Source: Eledone cirrhosa
Lineage: Eukaryota
NCBI GenBank assembly: GCA_964016885.1
Contig: OZ024758.1
Location: 22,196,001 to 22,260,000, forward strand
Length of the DNA stretch: 64,000 nt
Direction: 5' to 3'
How positions within the stretch are numbered: position 1 is the stretch's first letter; each line of letters starts with the position of its first letter. Positions 15,721 through 27,924 of the stretch are shown one piece after another. A model generated the notes under the pieces. The model worked only from the letters and a program-made list of their open reading frames with translations, had not been told where the DNA came from and ran no database searches. A program made the position numbers and the translations under genes.

Positions 15721-16210
15721 GCATGTCTGAGAGAGCCACCAAAAACAGTAGTGGTCCCAGGACTGTCCCCTGGGGCACCCCACTTGTTATTGGTGTTTCC
15801 TTTGAGAGGGCCCCATTTGCTGTGACTGCCTGGCTTCTGTCCCTTAGGAAGCCATGTAGCCACTCACCTACTTTTCCAGTTATGCCGAGTCCGTGTAGTT
15901 TGTGACATATCATTCCGTGTAGTTTGTGACATATCATTCCGTGGTCGACCTTGTCAAAGGCCTTCGCAAAGTCAAGATATATCACGTCCACATGTGAGCT
16001 GTCTAGTAGTTGTCTCAGTACCCAGTCGTAGTGATGTAGCAGTTGTGTAAGACAGCTTCTTCCTGGGCGGAAGCCATGTTGCGTGCTAGTCAGGCGGTCA
16101 TTTTCCTCGAGGAAAGTGATCAGTTTCTTTCTGACGACTCGCTCCATGACCTTACTGATATGCGACGTCAGGGAGACTGGCCTATAGTTTTTGGCCTCCG
16201 CTCTGCTACC
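15721..16210 (-). mobile_element. CR1/L2/jockey-type LINE reverse transcriptase fragment
   Basis: NYRPVSLTS..QHGFRPGRSCLTQLL..DVIYLDFAKAFDKVDH..SGVPQGTVLGPLLFL; contains an in-frame 24-bp tandem duplication (HGMICHKL x2); runs into the gap. Confidence 0.9.
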
Positions 16211-16550
16211 GGCAGAGGGAGGGTGGGAGATATAAGTCCAGTGAGATACTGAAGGAGCGATTTTAGAGGAAAAAGAGAGAGAGCTTGTGCGATCTAGAGA
16301 GAGAGGAAAAAGAAAACAGAAAAAAGAAACAGAAGAAAAGAAAGGGGAGAAGAGAGGAGCGAGACAGAAGAGAGAAGAGAGGAGCGAGAGAGATAGCGGG
16401 AAGAGTGGGGGGGAAAGGTTAGAGAGAGAGAGGGTATAGATAAGTCCGGTGAGAAATTCAAGGTGTTGATTTAGAGAGAGAGAGAGAGAGAGGGAAAGAA
16501 GCTCGTGTGATCTAGAGAGAGAGAGAGGAAGGAAGGAGAGAGATTAGAGA

Positions 16551-16750
16551 CTGCTTGCAAGGGTGGGACGGGAACTGATTCTGGCTGATTTTTACAGCTG
16601 GAATGGCCTTCCTAACACCAACCTCATTTACAGTGAGTGCTGGGTGCTTTTTTTGCCGTGGCACCTCCACGACCACTTTGCAGTGGAATGATAGGGACCC
16701 CAGTCCCTATCATCTCATTTCTACAGCTGAGTAAACTGGAGCAATGTGAA
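16551..16750 (-). mobile_element. SINE family A, partial copy
   Basis: Matches the internal and 3' part of the copy at 18838-19186. Confidence 0.85.
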
Positions 16751-17167
16751 GAGTACAGATGATTCTTTAAAGAATCATCTGTACTCTACCAACATGCTAA
16801 AATAGAACACAAGGGTAAATTAGAGAACATAGAAAATAAAAATAGAATCTACACACAGAAAAGACGCAATGTTTAGACAAATTACAGAGGCAATAAACAT
16901 AAAAGAATTACAACCAAAATTAAATAGAAAATATGAGTGGAACAGCAACATCACAACTTACAATTAAGGACAAAATGAAAACACACACACATATAGAACA
17001 AACAACCAACCAGTAACATGTAAATAAACAAATAAATAAATGAACATAAACACACACAGACACCCGGATGTGGCGCATGCGCAGACTGAGCACACAACAC
17101 ACACACAGAAACAAAATGGCGTAGGACAGAACAAAGGAGAGGCACAGAAACAAAGAAAGGAATCCCC

Positions 17168-17212
17168 AGTCACTGAAGAGGTCACAGAGTGTGTGACGAA
17201 AGAACTATGACT
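17168..17212 (+). ncRNA. Compact type I hammerhead ribozyme
   Basis: agtca-CTGAAGA-g-gtcaca(gagtg)tgtgac-GAAA-GAAC-TA-tgact: 5-bp stem I, 6-bp stem II, intact core. Confidence 0.8.
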
Positions 17213-17368
17213 ATATATAAACAACTATCTGGTTGTGGAAACCAACCAACCAACCAGAAATTTATAAATTTATAAATATATAATAAATTGAAGTGAAAGC
17301 AAACTGGTGCGTGTGTTTCTTATTGGCAACATGACCCTCCCAAAGTATAACAATATGTATATATATAT

Positions 17369-17601
<233 letters not shown>

Positions 17602-17770
17602 GTGTATATATATATATATGTGTATATATATATATATGTGTGTATATATATATATGTGTGTATATATATATATATATTTGTGTATATATATATATATATA
17701 TGTGTATATATATATATATATATGTGTGTATATATATATATATATATGTGTGTATATATATATATATATA

Positions 17771-17830
<60 letters not shown>

Positions 17831-17832
<2 letters not shown>

Positions 17833-18168
17833 CATCATTTCATTTTACATCCGCTTTTTTCCCTGCTTGCAAGGGTGGGATGGGAACTGATGCTGGCTTG
17901 ATTTCTACAGCTGGATGCCCTTCCTAACACCAACCTCATTTACAGTGAGTGCTGGGTGCTTTTTTGCCGTGGCACCTCCACGACCACTTTACAGTGGAAT
18001 GATAGGGACACCAGTCCCTATCATCTCATTTCTACAGCTGAGTAAACTGGAGCAATGTGAAATAAAGTGCCTTGCTCAAGGAAACAACACATCACCCGGT
18101 CTGAGAATTGAACTCACAACCTTTCGATTGCAAGGCCAATGCTCTAACCACTAAGCCATGTGCCTCCA
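17831..18168 (-). mobile_element. tRNA-derived SINE family A, full length
   Basis: Reverse complement of 18838-19186. Confidence 0.9.
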
Positions 18169-18206
18169 TATATATATATATATGTGTATATATATATATA
18201 TATGTG

Positions 18207-18309
<103 letters not shown>

Positions 18310-18610
18310 TTTACGTATCGAGAAAGAGAAAAAAAGGGGGGATAGGTGATACATATAGTTATTTGCCAAGTAGCGTATGCCAAAGGTGCTCGATACTAGT
18401 GCCGGCAGTATTAAATATTCGAAGTGTTAATATTTAGTGGGCTAGAGAGTTAGCAGAGCGTAAGCACGTGGGAAAGTAAAAAATCGGAGAATAGACCGTT
18501 AAAACATGTTTATTTAAAATATCACCTACGTACGTTTCGCCCAGTTGGGCTTCTAAAGGGCATAAATAATCACAAGTGTTCCTTATATTCCACGGAAAGA
18601 GTTTTTGGGG

Positions 18611-18716
<106 letters not shown>

Positions 18717-18772
18717 ATATATATATATATATATATGTGTGTATATATATATATATGTGTTTTGGGGGTTAA

Positions 18773-18825
<53 letters not shown>

Positions 18826-18837
18826 GATATATATAGA

Positions 18838-19186
18838 TGGAGACACATGGCTTAGTGGTTAGAGCATTCGCCTTGCAATCGAAAGGTTGTGAGTTCAATT
18901 CTCAGACCGGGTGATGTGTTGTTTCCTTGAGCAAGACACTTTATTTCACATTGCTCCAGTTTACTCAGCTGTAGAAATGAGATGATAGGGACTGGGGTCC
19001 CTATCATTCCACTGCAAAGTGGTCGTGGAGGTGCCACGGCAAAAAAGCACCCAGCACTCACTGTAAATGAGGTTGGTGTTAGGAAGGGCATCCAGCTGTA
19101 GAAATCAAGCCAGAATCAGTTCCCGTCCCACCCTTGCAAGCAGGGAAAAAGCGGACGTAAAATGAAATGATGATGATGATGATGAT
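18838..19186 (+). mobile_element. tRNA-derived SINE family A, full length
   Basis: Pol III A box TGGCTTAGTGG, B box GAGTTCAATTC, central ccttgagcaagacactttatttcac domain, (GAT)n tail; several copies in the window. Confidence 0.9.
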
Positions 19187-19220
19187 GTGTATATATATAT
19201 ATATGTGTTTTTGGGGTTAA

Positions 19221-19258
<38 letters not shown>

Positions 19259-19317
19259 ATATATATATATATATATGTGAATATATATATATATATATGT
19301 GTATATATATATATATA

Positions 19318-19356
<39 letters not shown>

Positions 19357-19371
19357 ATATATATATATATA

Positions 19372-19416
<45 letters not shown>

Positions 19417-19557
19417 AGTTTATGTTGGTTGTATACCAACACCTCAGTATACAGGCTGGAGCACTCGACGAAGTGCGCAGGTTGGTTTGGTTACTCCGGA
19501 GTAGTGTAAAATAAAGTTAAATAAAAGTCAAATGATTAAAATTTAGCTTCGTTTATT

Positions 19558-19612
19558 ACTGCTATATATATTTCAGTGACAGCCATCTTTGTCTGTGACC
19601 TCTTCTGGCAGT
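19558..19612 (-). ncRNA. Hammerhead ribozyme-like motif with CAGAAGA core variant
   Basis: Minus strand: actgc-CAGAAGA-ggtcacag..ctgtcact-GAAA-TATATA-TA-gcagt; stems intact, U4 replaced by A. Confidence 0.65.
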
Positions 19613-19719
19613 TTGAATTAGTATGGTATAGACAAGTACATATGTTGTTTAGGTGTATAATATTGTCAATACTTTGATATGCCCAGTTCCTTGTTGGGTT
19701 GTTATTTCTTAGCCCCCGA

Positions 19720-20746
19720 CTATTTATTATTGACCTTCAGGCTATAACAGTGGAGTTCAAGACCGGCTGCCCATGGGAACTCCTATACGCAGATGATCTA
19801 ACGCTCATAGCTGAATCAATGGCTGAACTAGAGAAGAAATTCCAAACATGGAAGCATGGCCTAGAATCAAAAGGCCTTAAAATTAACCTGTCTAAGACTA
19901 AAGTTCTAGTTTGTAGGAAGGAAAATAGGACGCCGGTCCCATCCGGGATATGGCCATGCTCAGTGTGTAGGAAAGGAGTAGGTAGAAACTCCATTTTATG
20001 TCCAAAATGCAAAGTATGGGTGCATAAAAGATGTAGTGGGATCACAGGTAAGCTAACTAAGAACATAGATTTTATATGTGGCCGGTGCTCTGGTGCAATA
20101 AGTAGCAGCAAGTGCCCACAGAATGCTAGCTCTTTCAATTGCACAGAGGGTTCTATAGAAATAGTGGACAGCTTCCATTCGTTACCTGGGTGACAAAATC
20201 AGCAGTGGGGGAGGGTGCTCTGAAAGTACAGTAGCTAGAGTCAGAACTCGATGGAAAAAGTTCAGAGAGCTTATACCACTATTAGCCGCTAAAGAGTTCT
20301 CTCTAAAAATGAAAGGCAGGCTGTATGATGCCTGCATACGAACAGCAATGTTGCATGGCAGTGAGACCTGGGCATTGTGTGCAGATGATATACGCAGACT
20401 AGAGAGGAACGAGGCTTGCATGCTCCACTGGATGTGTAATAGTAATATACGTGAACGGCAAAGCATAAACGAATTAAGGGAAAAATTAGAAATAAGAGGG
20501 ATCAGATGTTGTTTACTCGAGAGAAGGCTATGTTGGTATGGTCACGTGATGCGCATGAAAGACGACAGCTGTATAAAAAAGTGCAGGGCAATAAAAATAG
20601 ACGGTAGCCACGGAGTAGGCAGACCCAGAAAAACCTGGGACGACTTGATAAATTCCGACCTCACACACTTACACCTCTCCAAGACAATGTCACTGGACCG
20701 AGATCTTTGGCGCTACACAGTCATAGAGAAGACCCGTCTTACCTAA
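19720..20746 (+). mobile_element. RTE-clade LINE, 5'-truncated 3' part of RT with a frameshift near 20185
   Basis: LSPRLF..ELLYADDL..GLKINLSKTK..(Y)LGD..LYDACIRTAMLHGSETW..RRLCWYGHVMRM..GRPRKTW. Confidence 0.9.
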
Positions 20747-21038
20747 GTACAAAGTAAAACCTACTACAGTCAGTAGGCAGCTCTACTAATGCTGCTCATA
20801 CTAATTTTAAGGTATTGTTCTCAAAATATCATAGATTCGATATTGTGTGAAATAATTATGTGAATTGAAGCCTTTATTGTGAAAATATAATAGTATATAT
20901 AGAGTAATGTAAATGTTGAAGGGTTGAACTGTTTTCTCTTCTGATTTTATTTATGTATTCTGCGATGCTCCATTAATTTTTTTTTGTTCCGATGTTTGTG
21001 TTAAAAAGTAAATTTTAGTAAATAGTTCGCTGAGAAAT

Positions 21039-21142
21039 CAGGAGTTGGACTGCATCGCTATCATAAATACCAGGAGTTGGACTGCATCGCTATCATAAAT
21101 ACCAGGAGTTAGACTGCATTGCTATCATAAATACCAGGAGTT
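21039..21142. repeat. 32-bp tandem repeat, ~3 copies
   Basis: Unit caggagttggactgcatcgctatcataaatac. Confidence 0.85.
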
Positions 21143-21385
21143 ATACTTGCTATTGGCCTGTATTACCTAGACCAGAGCTTCCCTAACGTTTTGGTCCACC
21201 ACCCCACAAGACCACATAATACCCTCAGCGCCCCAACCCTATTTCCAGAGAGACCTGACTACAAGCAAATTGTAAATAATATATAATAAATAAAATCGTT
21301 AATTTATATATAATAAATAATATAATATATACTGTTATGTTATGTATTTTTTATTTTACTATATAATATGTATCATTTGATATAA

Positions 21386-21522
21386 TAGTACCAAAATGGC
21401 CCGGCGCTGCTCGAGATTTGCTCTAGGGTTCTTATATATTTATCCTCATCGAGCCTCGTGAAATAAATACGTTTGTTTATATTTTGTTATTGTGTATGCA
21501 AAAATATCTGTACACGAATATA

Positions 21523-21566
<44 letters not shown>

Positions 21567-21703
21567 TATATATATATTAAAATAACAGATTAAAGTTTAA
21601 GCAAAGAATCGCTGCTTTCACTCTTAACGGGATCTTCTGAAACTAATAAAATCAATCTGTGAACGCAGAAGTAAATATTTCGAAAAACGTTACATACACA
21701 CAC

Positions 21704-21743
<40 letters not shown>

Positions 21744-22064
21744 CACACACTATATATATATATACATATATACACACACACACAGATAGTGACGTCATAA
21801 TGTCGTAATGCAGACAGCTAGACATACAGACAGATATTATAAGGACGCAACGTTGTATCTACGTATCTATCTAAAAAGAAAGACTAAGAATTATAGAGAG
21901 AGATCGCTAAATCGCTAGGGCATTGAAAATTAGAAATATCTTTTGCTCCAAACACTCACAGGACCATAAGTATTACATGTGTAAAGTTTTAAAACAATCG
22001 GTTGGGTGGTTCTCGAGTTTTAGGGAGTCAGACAGACAGACATTCTCTGTTTTAGATATATAGA
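21386..22064 (-). mobile_element. Non-autonomous Helitron-like insertion inside another repeat
   Basis: Minus-strand start TCTATATA followed by (TGTC)n, GC-rich subterminal hairpin cccggcgctgctcgag, no TSD; the flanks are contiguous in the related repeat at about 44140-44240. Confidence 0.55.
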
Positions 22065-22976
22065 TTATATCCTCGCTACCGCCTCCTTAGGCCCCAGTGT
22101 CGCCCGAGGCCGCGAAACCAGGGATGAGTAGCGACAGATCTCTCCACTGAAAACTTTTCATTAGATAATAATAACAGTTAGGTGTAGTGTAAAGGTGAAG
22201 GCGCATGGCTTACACACACACACACACGCACACACACATATATAGAGAGAGATGGAATTTATAATGTCATATTTGCGCAATAGCAACACGAGTTATTTAA
22301 TCTAAATTAACTTGATTAATACTAAATGATACTGGAAATGAATTCATTGTTGTAGAATGGTAATCAATTATTAGATTTTGAAAGAGCCCCGAACAAAAAG
22401 CATAAACAACGCATACATCTCATACAAAAGACATCAAAAACAAAAACCTTAGTAAAAATACAAATTCACCTTTACCGTGCTGGTTTCTATACACATGTGG
22501 TTCAAAGTATAACTGCACTGCTACAACAATTACATAAGCAAATGGAACTGGGGTACAATCATCAGCAGGTATTTTTTTTAAAGAGGAAGGCTCCGGCTCT
22601 TACTAAAGTAATCTAACAGTTGTGGGTTGTCACGTGGCTTAGATAAAGCTGGTTCTCACATATTCTGTGATGTTGTTCTGTTTGAACAGATGACAAAACA
22701 AATATTCAAACTTCAAATACTCAGGAAGAAATCCATAAATAAGAGTGGACACATAAATGGAATTTACTGACGTCGCATTGACACGATAGATCAAGAATCG
22801 ATTTATTTGAGTTAACTTGATCACTTAATGATTCATGAAATAAATTCATTTGCGGTCTTGTCCGCAGGGTGCGGCCCCAATAACGCAGCGCCCTAGTTAC
22901 AACAGTGATACTTATAGTTAACTCGTCCTATGGACTAAGTGCTCTTACCCTTGGATATTTCCACGAAACGTATACG

Positions 22977-23029
<53 letters not shown>

Positions 23030-23248
23030 TATATATATGTAAAAGAGGTAAACAGAAATAACAACACAATCGGTACAGTATATGGAAGGAATATATTAGG
23101 TTAACGCTTGAAATAGCAGGAAGAGGGTCTTAACGTTTCGGACGTTAGTATATATATGTACACACACACACATATGTATATATATTAGAAAAATTCGGGA
23201 CCCTGACGGCTTCTACCGTTTCAACAGCTAGATCTCTCTCTCTCTCTC

Positions 23249-23300
<52 letters not shown>

Positions 23301-23361
23301 GTGAGGTTTGTTTTACAAAATGAAAAATAACCGAAGTGTCCTACACGAGTGAAAGTATAAA

Positions 23362-23646
23362 GAAAAAATGATGAAATCGAAAATGCAACTGGAGTCTTAT
23401 TTAAAAAAATATATTTATATTTATTTGGTTCCTTTACTGGTTTCGCAGTTTTCTACTTTTCAAAAGTAGAGTTGAGATGGAGGGTCTGTGGTTTTCCTCA
23501 CATCTGTGTGAGAAAAACCACAGACCCTCCATCTCAACTCTACTTTTGAAAAGCAGAAAACTGCGAAACCGGTAAAGGAACCAAATAAATATAAATATTA
23601 AAAAAAAAATAAGACTCCAGTTGCATTTTCGATTTCATCTTTTTTT

Positions 23647-23652
<6 letters not shown>
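23362..23652. repeat. Fold-back palindrome (~140-bp arms, axis near 23503) with a hammerhead motif in each arm
   Basis: The arms are near-perfect reverse complements; a single-arm copy lies at 27920-28110. Confidence 0.9.
23543..23577 (+). ncRNA. Minimal type I hammerhead with U3-A8 variant core
   Basis: ctt-TTGAAAA-gcag(aaaa)ctgc-GAAA-CCGG-TA-aag; the same core is in minus-strand copies at 23432-23466 and 28035-28070. Confidence 0.65.
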
Positions 23653-23700
<48 letters not shown>

Positions 23701-23811
23701 TCAGGATATCAATAATGTAGTGATAATATATCGTTACGTTAGAGATGAACAGCGTACGTGTAGGTTTGCTCAACGAGTATAAATTATATTCCGGAGAAAA
23801 TGTAGAAAAGA

Positions 23812-24395
23812 TGAATATAAAATGAAAGTGCTTTTTTTTAAAAAAAAGGTAATTTATTAGGTATTGACATATGTTTCTGTAACAGACGGAATACCTATGT
23901 ATCGCTGCTTGCGTAATCATATAATGTTAGCAAGTATTCGATAGCAAATGTATAATCAGTTGTCACTTTATAAATTAATACTACTACACCAAATGACCAG
24001 CCCTGTCCATTGTTCAATTGGTCAAGTATAGATTAAAATAGGCACTTCCAAAAATTCTTATTTAGATAAAATAAACCATTTACTCATTGTATTCTCATTA
24101 GAAACCCTTTATATACTTGTTTAGCAGTAAATTGGATTACCATCTGTCATATACTATCCCCTCTCTTTTTCCTCTATGAAAACTAATATAAATACTTCAA
24201 TTTTTCTGAGTTTTTCCAATTTATCCAAAATCTCTGAAGAAGTGACAACTGATTATACATTTGCTATGGAATACTTGCTAACATTATATGATTACGCAAG
24301 CAGCGATACGTAGGTATTCCGTCTGTTACAGAAACATATGTCAATACCTAATAAATTCCCTTTTTTTTAAAAAAAGCACTTTCATTTTATATTCA
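23812..24395. repeat. Inverted repeat, ~157-bp arms (23812-23968 / 24239-24395) with a ~270-bp spacer
   Basis: The arms are reverse complements with few mismatches and contain GAAACATATGTC. Confidence 0.9.
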
Positions 24396-24695
24396 CCGTT
24401 GCGAAACTTATTTGGGTTTCGAGGTTCAAATTCGTCTACAGGTTTGAATTTTGAAATTTAAATATGTCCAGGAATCATGGCTGTTGCCAATATAATATTG
24501 TCTTTATTGACTTATATCGAGACAGACAAATTGTATTCACTTTTATTAGTTTATTTCATTAATAGCTAACTTTGTCTGTTGCAATGTAAACACATTTCGT
24601 GTTTATCGTACACTTTAAATGTATTAACTGCTCGGAAGAGACCCTTCCTGGAGCTTAATTATTGTAAATGACTGAGAGTTTATTCTCAAAATATA

Positions 24696-24756
<61 letters not shown>

Positions 24757-24910
24757 CAGGATGGATTCAGTTAGAAACTGGTTATACCATTACTCAACAG
24801 AGTACTCGATACTTGGGGTTTCTTTAAAAAAAAAAAAAAAATAATTAACAGTTAACTGAAGACAATTTACAATTGGATGAATAATGTATACCCTTATTTG
24901 GACAAACTAC

Positions 24911-25000
24911 ACCCCCGATGATACGGCCAGTAAATCACCAAGCCCTTCGGCAATCAGCCTGGAACTAGCTGTTGAAACGGCAAGAGCTCAGCCGTCGGGT
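24911..25000 (+). ncRNA. Hammerhead ribozyme-like motif (CCGATGA core, full stem III)
   Basis: accc-CCGATGA-t-acggccag..ctagctgt-t-GAAA-cggc(aagagctca)gccg-TC-gggt; a related 3' half is on the minus strand at about 23190-23232. Confidence 0.65.
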
Positions 25001-26104
25001 CCCGACTCTTTATAATATATATTAAATGTTAAGTACAAATGAGTTGCTACTCGGAGTTTCTCAGAAACGATTCTTGACTGAGGGCTAGTGGAGGATCAAT
25101 AACTTAAAATTCCGAGTAGCAACTTACGTAGGCCTAGCTTTGAACAATTATCAACAATTACAGGATTTTTATTTTCTGTATTATATTGACGACTGCTGAA
25201 GAGCAAGGACGGAGCCCCACGAGGTTGGGTGGCTGTAGCAGTCGGTGTCACTGGCTATTGTTCGCAGAAACTCGATCGCAGTTTAATCTGCGGGGCGCAG
25301 ACAAAACATCACCCTAGACACAGAGCCTATCATCCTCTCCCCTTCTCCTCCCTTTATTCCGTGGCCTAATAGTCCTTACTTTCCCCCTCCTTTTCCTCAC
25401 ATTCATGGCATTTACAGTCCTTTCATCTACTTTCCTATACAGCCAGATCTGCCCTGCTTTACCCCAGACCTGTCAACTCTCCCTCTACGGGGAGATCTCC
25501 CACCCACTTTTAGGTAGGTGAGAGATGTCTTCTCTTGGTGGATTGGTAGTATCGGTAGAGGGTCGGACGCCATGCTTTGACGCAAAGAGTTACGACCCTT
25601 TATGATCTGAGTTCAAATCCCGCAGAGGTTAATTTTGCCTTTCATCCTTATGGGATCGATAAAATAAAGTACCAGAAACAATTATATAAAATCTCCCCAT
25701 TTTGCTTCATTTCTCTCTGTTTTGTGGCACTTTTTGTCATGGTACTCCTCGTTTAGGATTTTAGAGGTTGGCAGGCCTGTCCCCCCCCCCTCTCTTTTCA
25801 TTACTTAACTTGGCTTTCATCTTTTTTCTCTCTCATATTTCCACCATTGTATAACATTCTTTTGTAAAATAGAGTCGACATAATATATTTATGTATAATT
25901 GAATAACATAAAAAAAATGTCGTCTGATTGTACATACATTAGTGACAATAAGGAAATAAATAGTCAATACAACTAATTTACACTGATGAGTTTCCATAAT
26001 AAACGTTGTTTATCCTGTTTACATTAGTCACGCACTGATTATGTTGCATCATGGGAAAGCACTGTTTAAACTCTATCATTCATTGTATGTTTACTTGTTG
26101 ATAA

Positions 26105-26275
26105 TTTCTTCTTCTTCTTCCGCTGCTTCGTCCACTTATTCCTGAGAGGGTCGTGGGAGAAAGAATCCTCAAGCACTCCTTCCAGCAGCGAGTCCTGTCA
26201 GAAGCAACCGTCTCCAACTGATCCGGCTGGATCCCCAAACGTGACCAGCCAAGCTCGGGATCTTGCGCGAGACCA
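26105..26275 (-). mobile_element. RTE LINE 3' end fragment
   Basis: Homologous to 32990-33125 and 47520-47660; (GAA)n tail. Confidence 0.75.
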
Positions 26276-26799
26276 CCTAAATTTCATCACACTTCTTTAG
26301 GATACAAACATAATTTATTGAATTCACAAATACAATTATAATTGTGGATATTTAACTAAATTAATGGTAATATAGTCAAACATTGAAACTATGACATTTT
26401 TGAGAAATAAAACCTGCAATATAATTTAAGGGGAATACCATGAAAGAAAAGTGCCTCAAAATAGGGAGAATTGAAGCAAAATGGGGAGATTTTACATAAT
26501 GAAAGCTATACCCATTTTCACAAGAGAAGACATCTCTCACTCTCACCAAAGTCGGTAGGAGATCTCCCCGTCGGACGGGGACAGTTGACAGGTTTGCTGA
26601 AGGATGTACAAAGATTTTACCATGAAACCTTTAGAAATATTAACTCATTAAAAAACCCCAGAAAGTTTTAGATACCAGAAAATAATTTGTTTATATTTTT
26701 ATCCTTTTCGGCTCCGTTGAAGTTTGCAGGGAAAGAGATTCTAACGTCTGCTGTCATATTTATGATAAACAAGATTGTCACATATGGTCTTTGTTTACA

Positions 26800-27170
26800 G
26801 TTTAAGGAGCGGTGGAATTCGGGTGCGGGACCATGTCCCCTCCAATAATTATATTTTTCTCTCCATTTACCAAAAACCAGGGGCGATGAAACTAGTGGTG
26901 GAGGTGAGGTGCGTGTTGTGAGCTCGTTACAATGGGACCGTGCCTCAACCCACACCAATAATTATATATTTTCTCTCTAAACTACCAAAACCAGGAATGG
27001 TGGAACTGGTGAGGGGAGGGGAGACGGAGGGGGGGACCATGCCCACCTCACCAATAATTATATTTTTCTCTCCAATCTACCCAAACCAGGGTCGCTGGAA
27101 CTGGGGGGGGGGACGACTAGGGGGACCAAGGCTTCCCCAATAATTATATTTTTCTCCCCAAACTACCAAA
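26800..27170. repeat. Degenerate tandem repeat, ~4 units
   Basis: Recurring gggacc..ccaataattatatttttctc..accaaa motif. Confidence 0.7.
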
Positions 27171-27338
27171 CTACACATCTATTTGTATATGTGCTACAAT
27201 TTATGTACATGTTATGTTTATCGCATATCGAAGTTTTCTGACCCTTTAGAGTGCAAAGAGCTAAACTAATCACAACATCCATTTTTCGTTACGACGACAT
27301 TTTTGTTATACGCCGTGAATTTCGTTGTAACGGAATTT

Positions 27339-27414
<76 letters not shown>

Positions 27415-27873
27415 TAAGAGTGGGGAAATGAAATTTCGTTTCATTTTTTCCGTTTATCGTTTTCGGTGCACCCGGCCGATTAACCCACTCGATATGCAAA
27501 TTGGGCTACTCAGCCGTTAATATGCATAAGCTAAGTATATACGTTCAACAATCTGGCAGGAAGGTATGCGTTGCTGACGATAGCTAATAAGCTTGAAACT
27601 AGTACAGCGTTCCTTTGTCAGTGTTGAACAAAGGAGCAACGATGGTTGCTGGACACTACGGCTTGATGCGGGATGTTTGTTTACAAACACACCGAGCATT
27701 ATAATAAATGTTCGGTGAATCCATACGTACATATATATATATGTGTGCATGTATGTATATATATATACATACTACTGTACGTCTGTATACATATATGTAT
27801 GTACGTGTACATACTTATATTTAAGTAACAGCCGTACTAAGAGTGGGAAATGAAATTTCGTTTCATTTTTTCC

Positions 27874-27924
<51 letters not shown>

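Noticed and set aside
18838-18912. tRNA gene (also 43783-43856, 47808-47880, 28351-28420)
   Set aside because: A/B boxes run on into a SINE body and tail; these are SINE heads with no proper cloverleaf or terminator.
25983-26070. CTGATGA...GAAA hammerhead candidate
   Set aside because: The GAAA is part of the putative stem II pairing, and no stem I or NUH geometry could be built.
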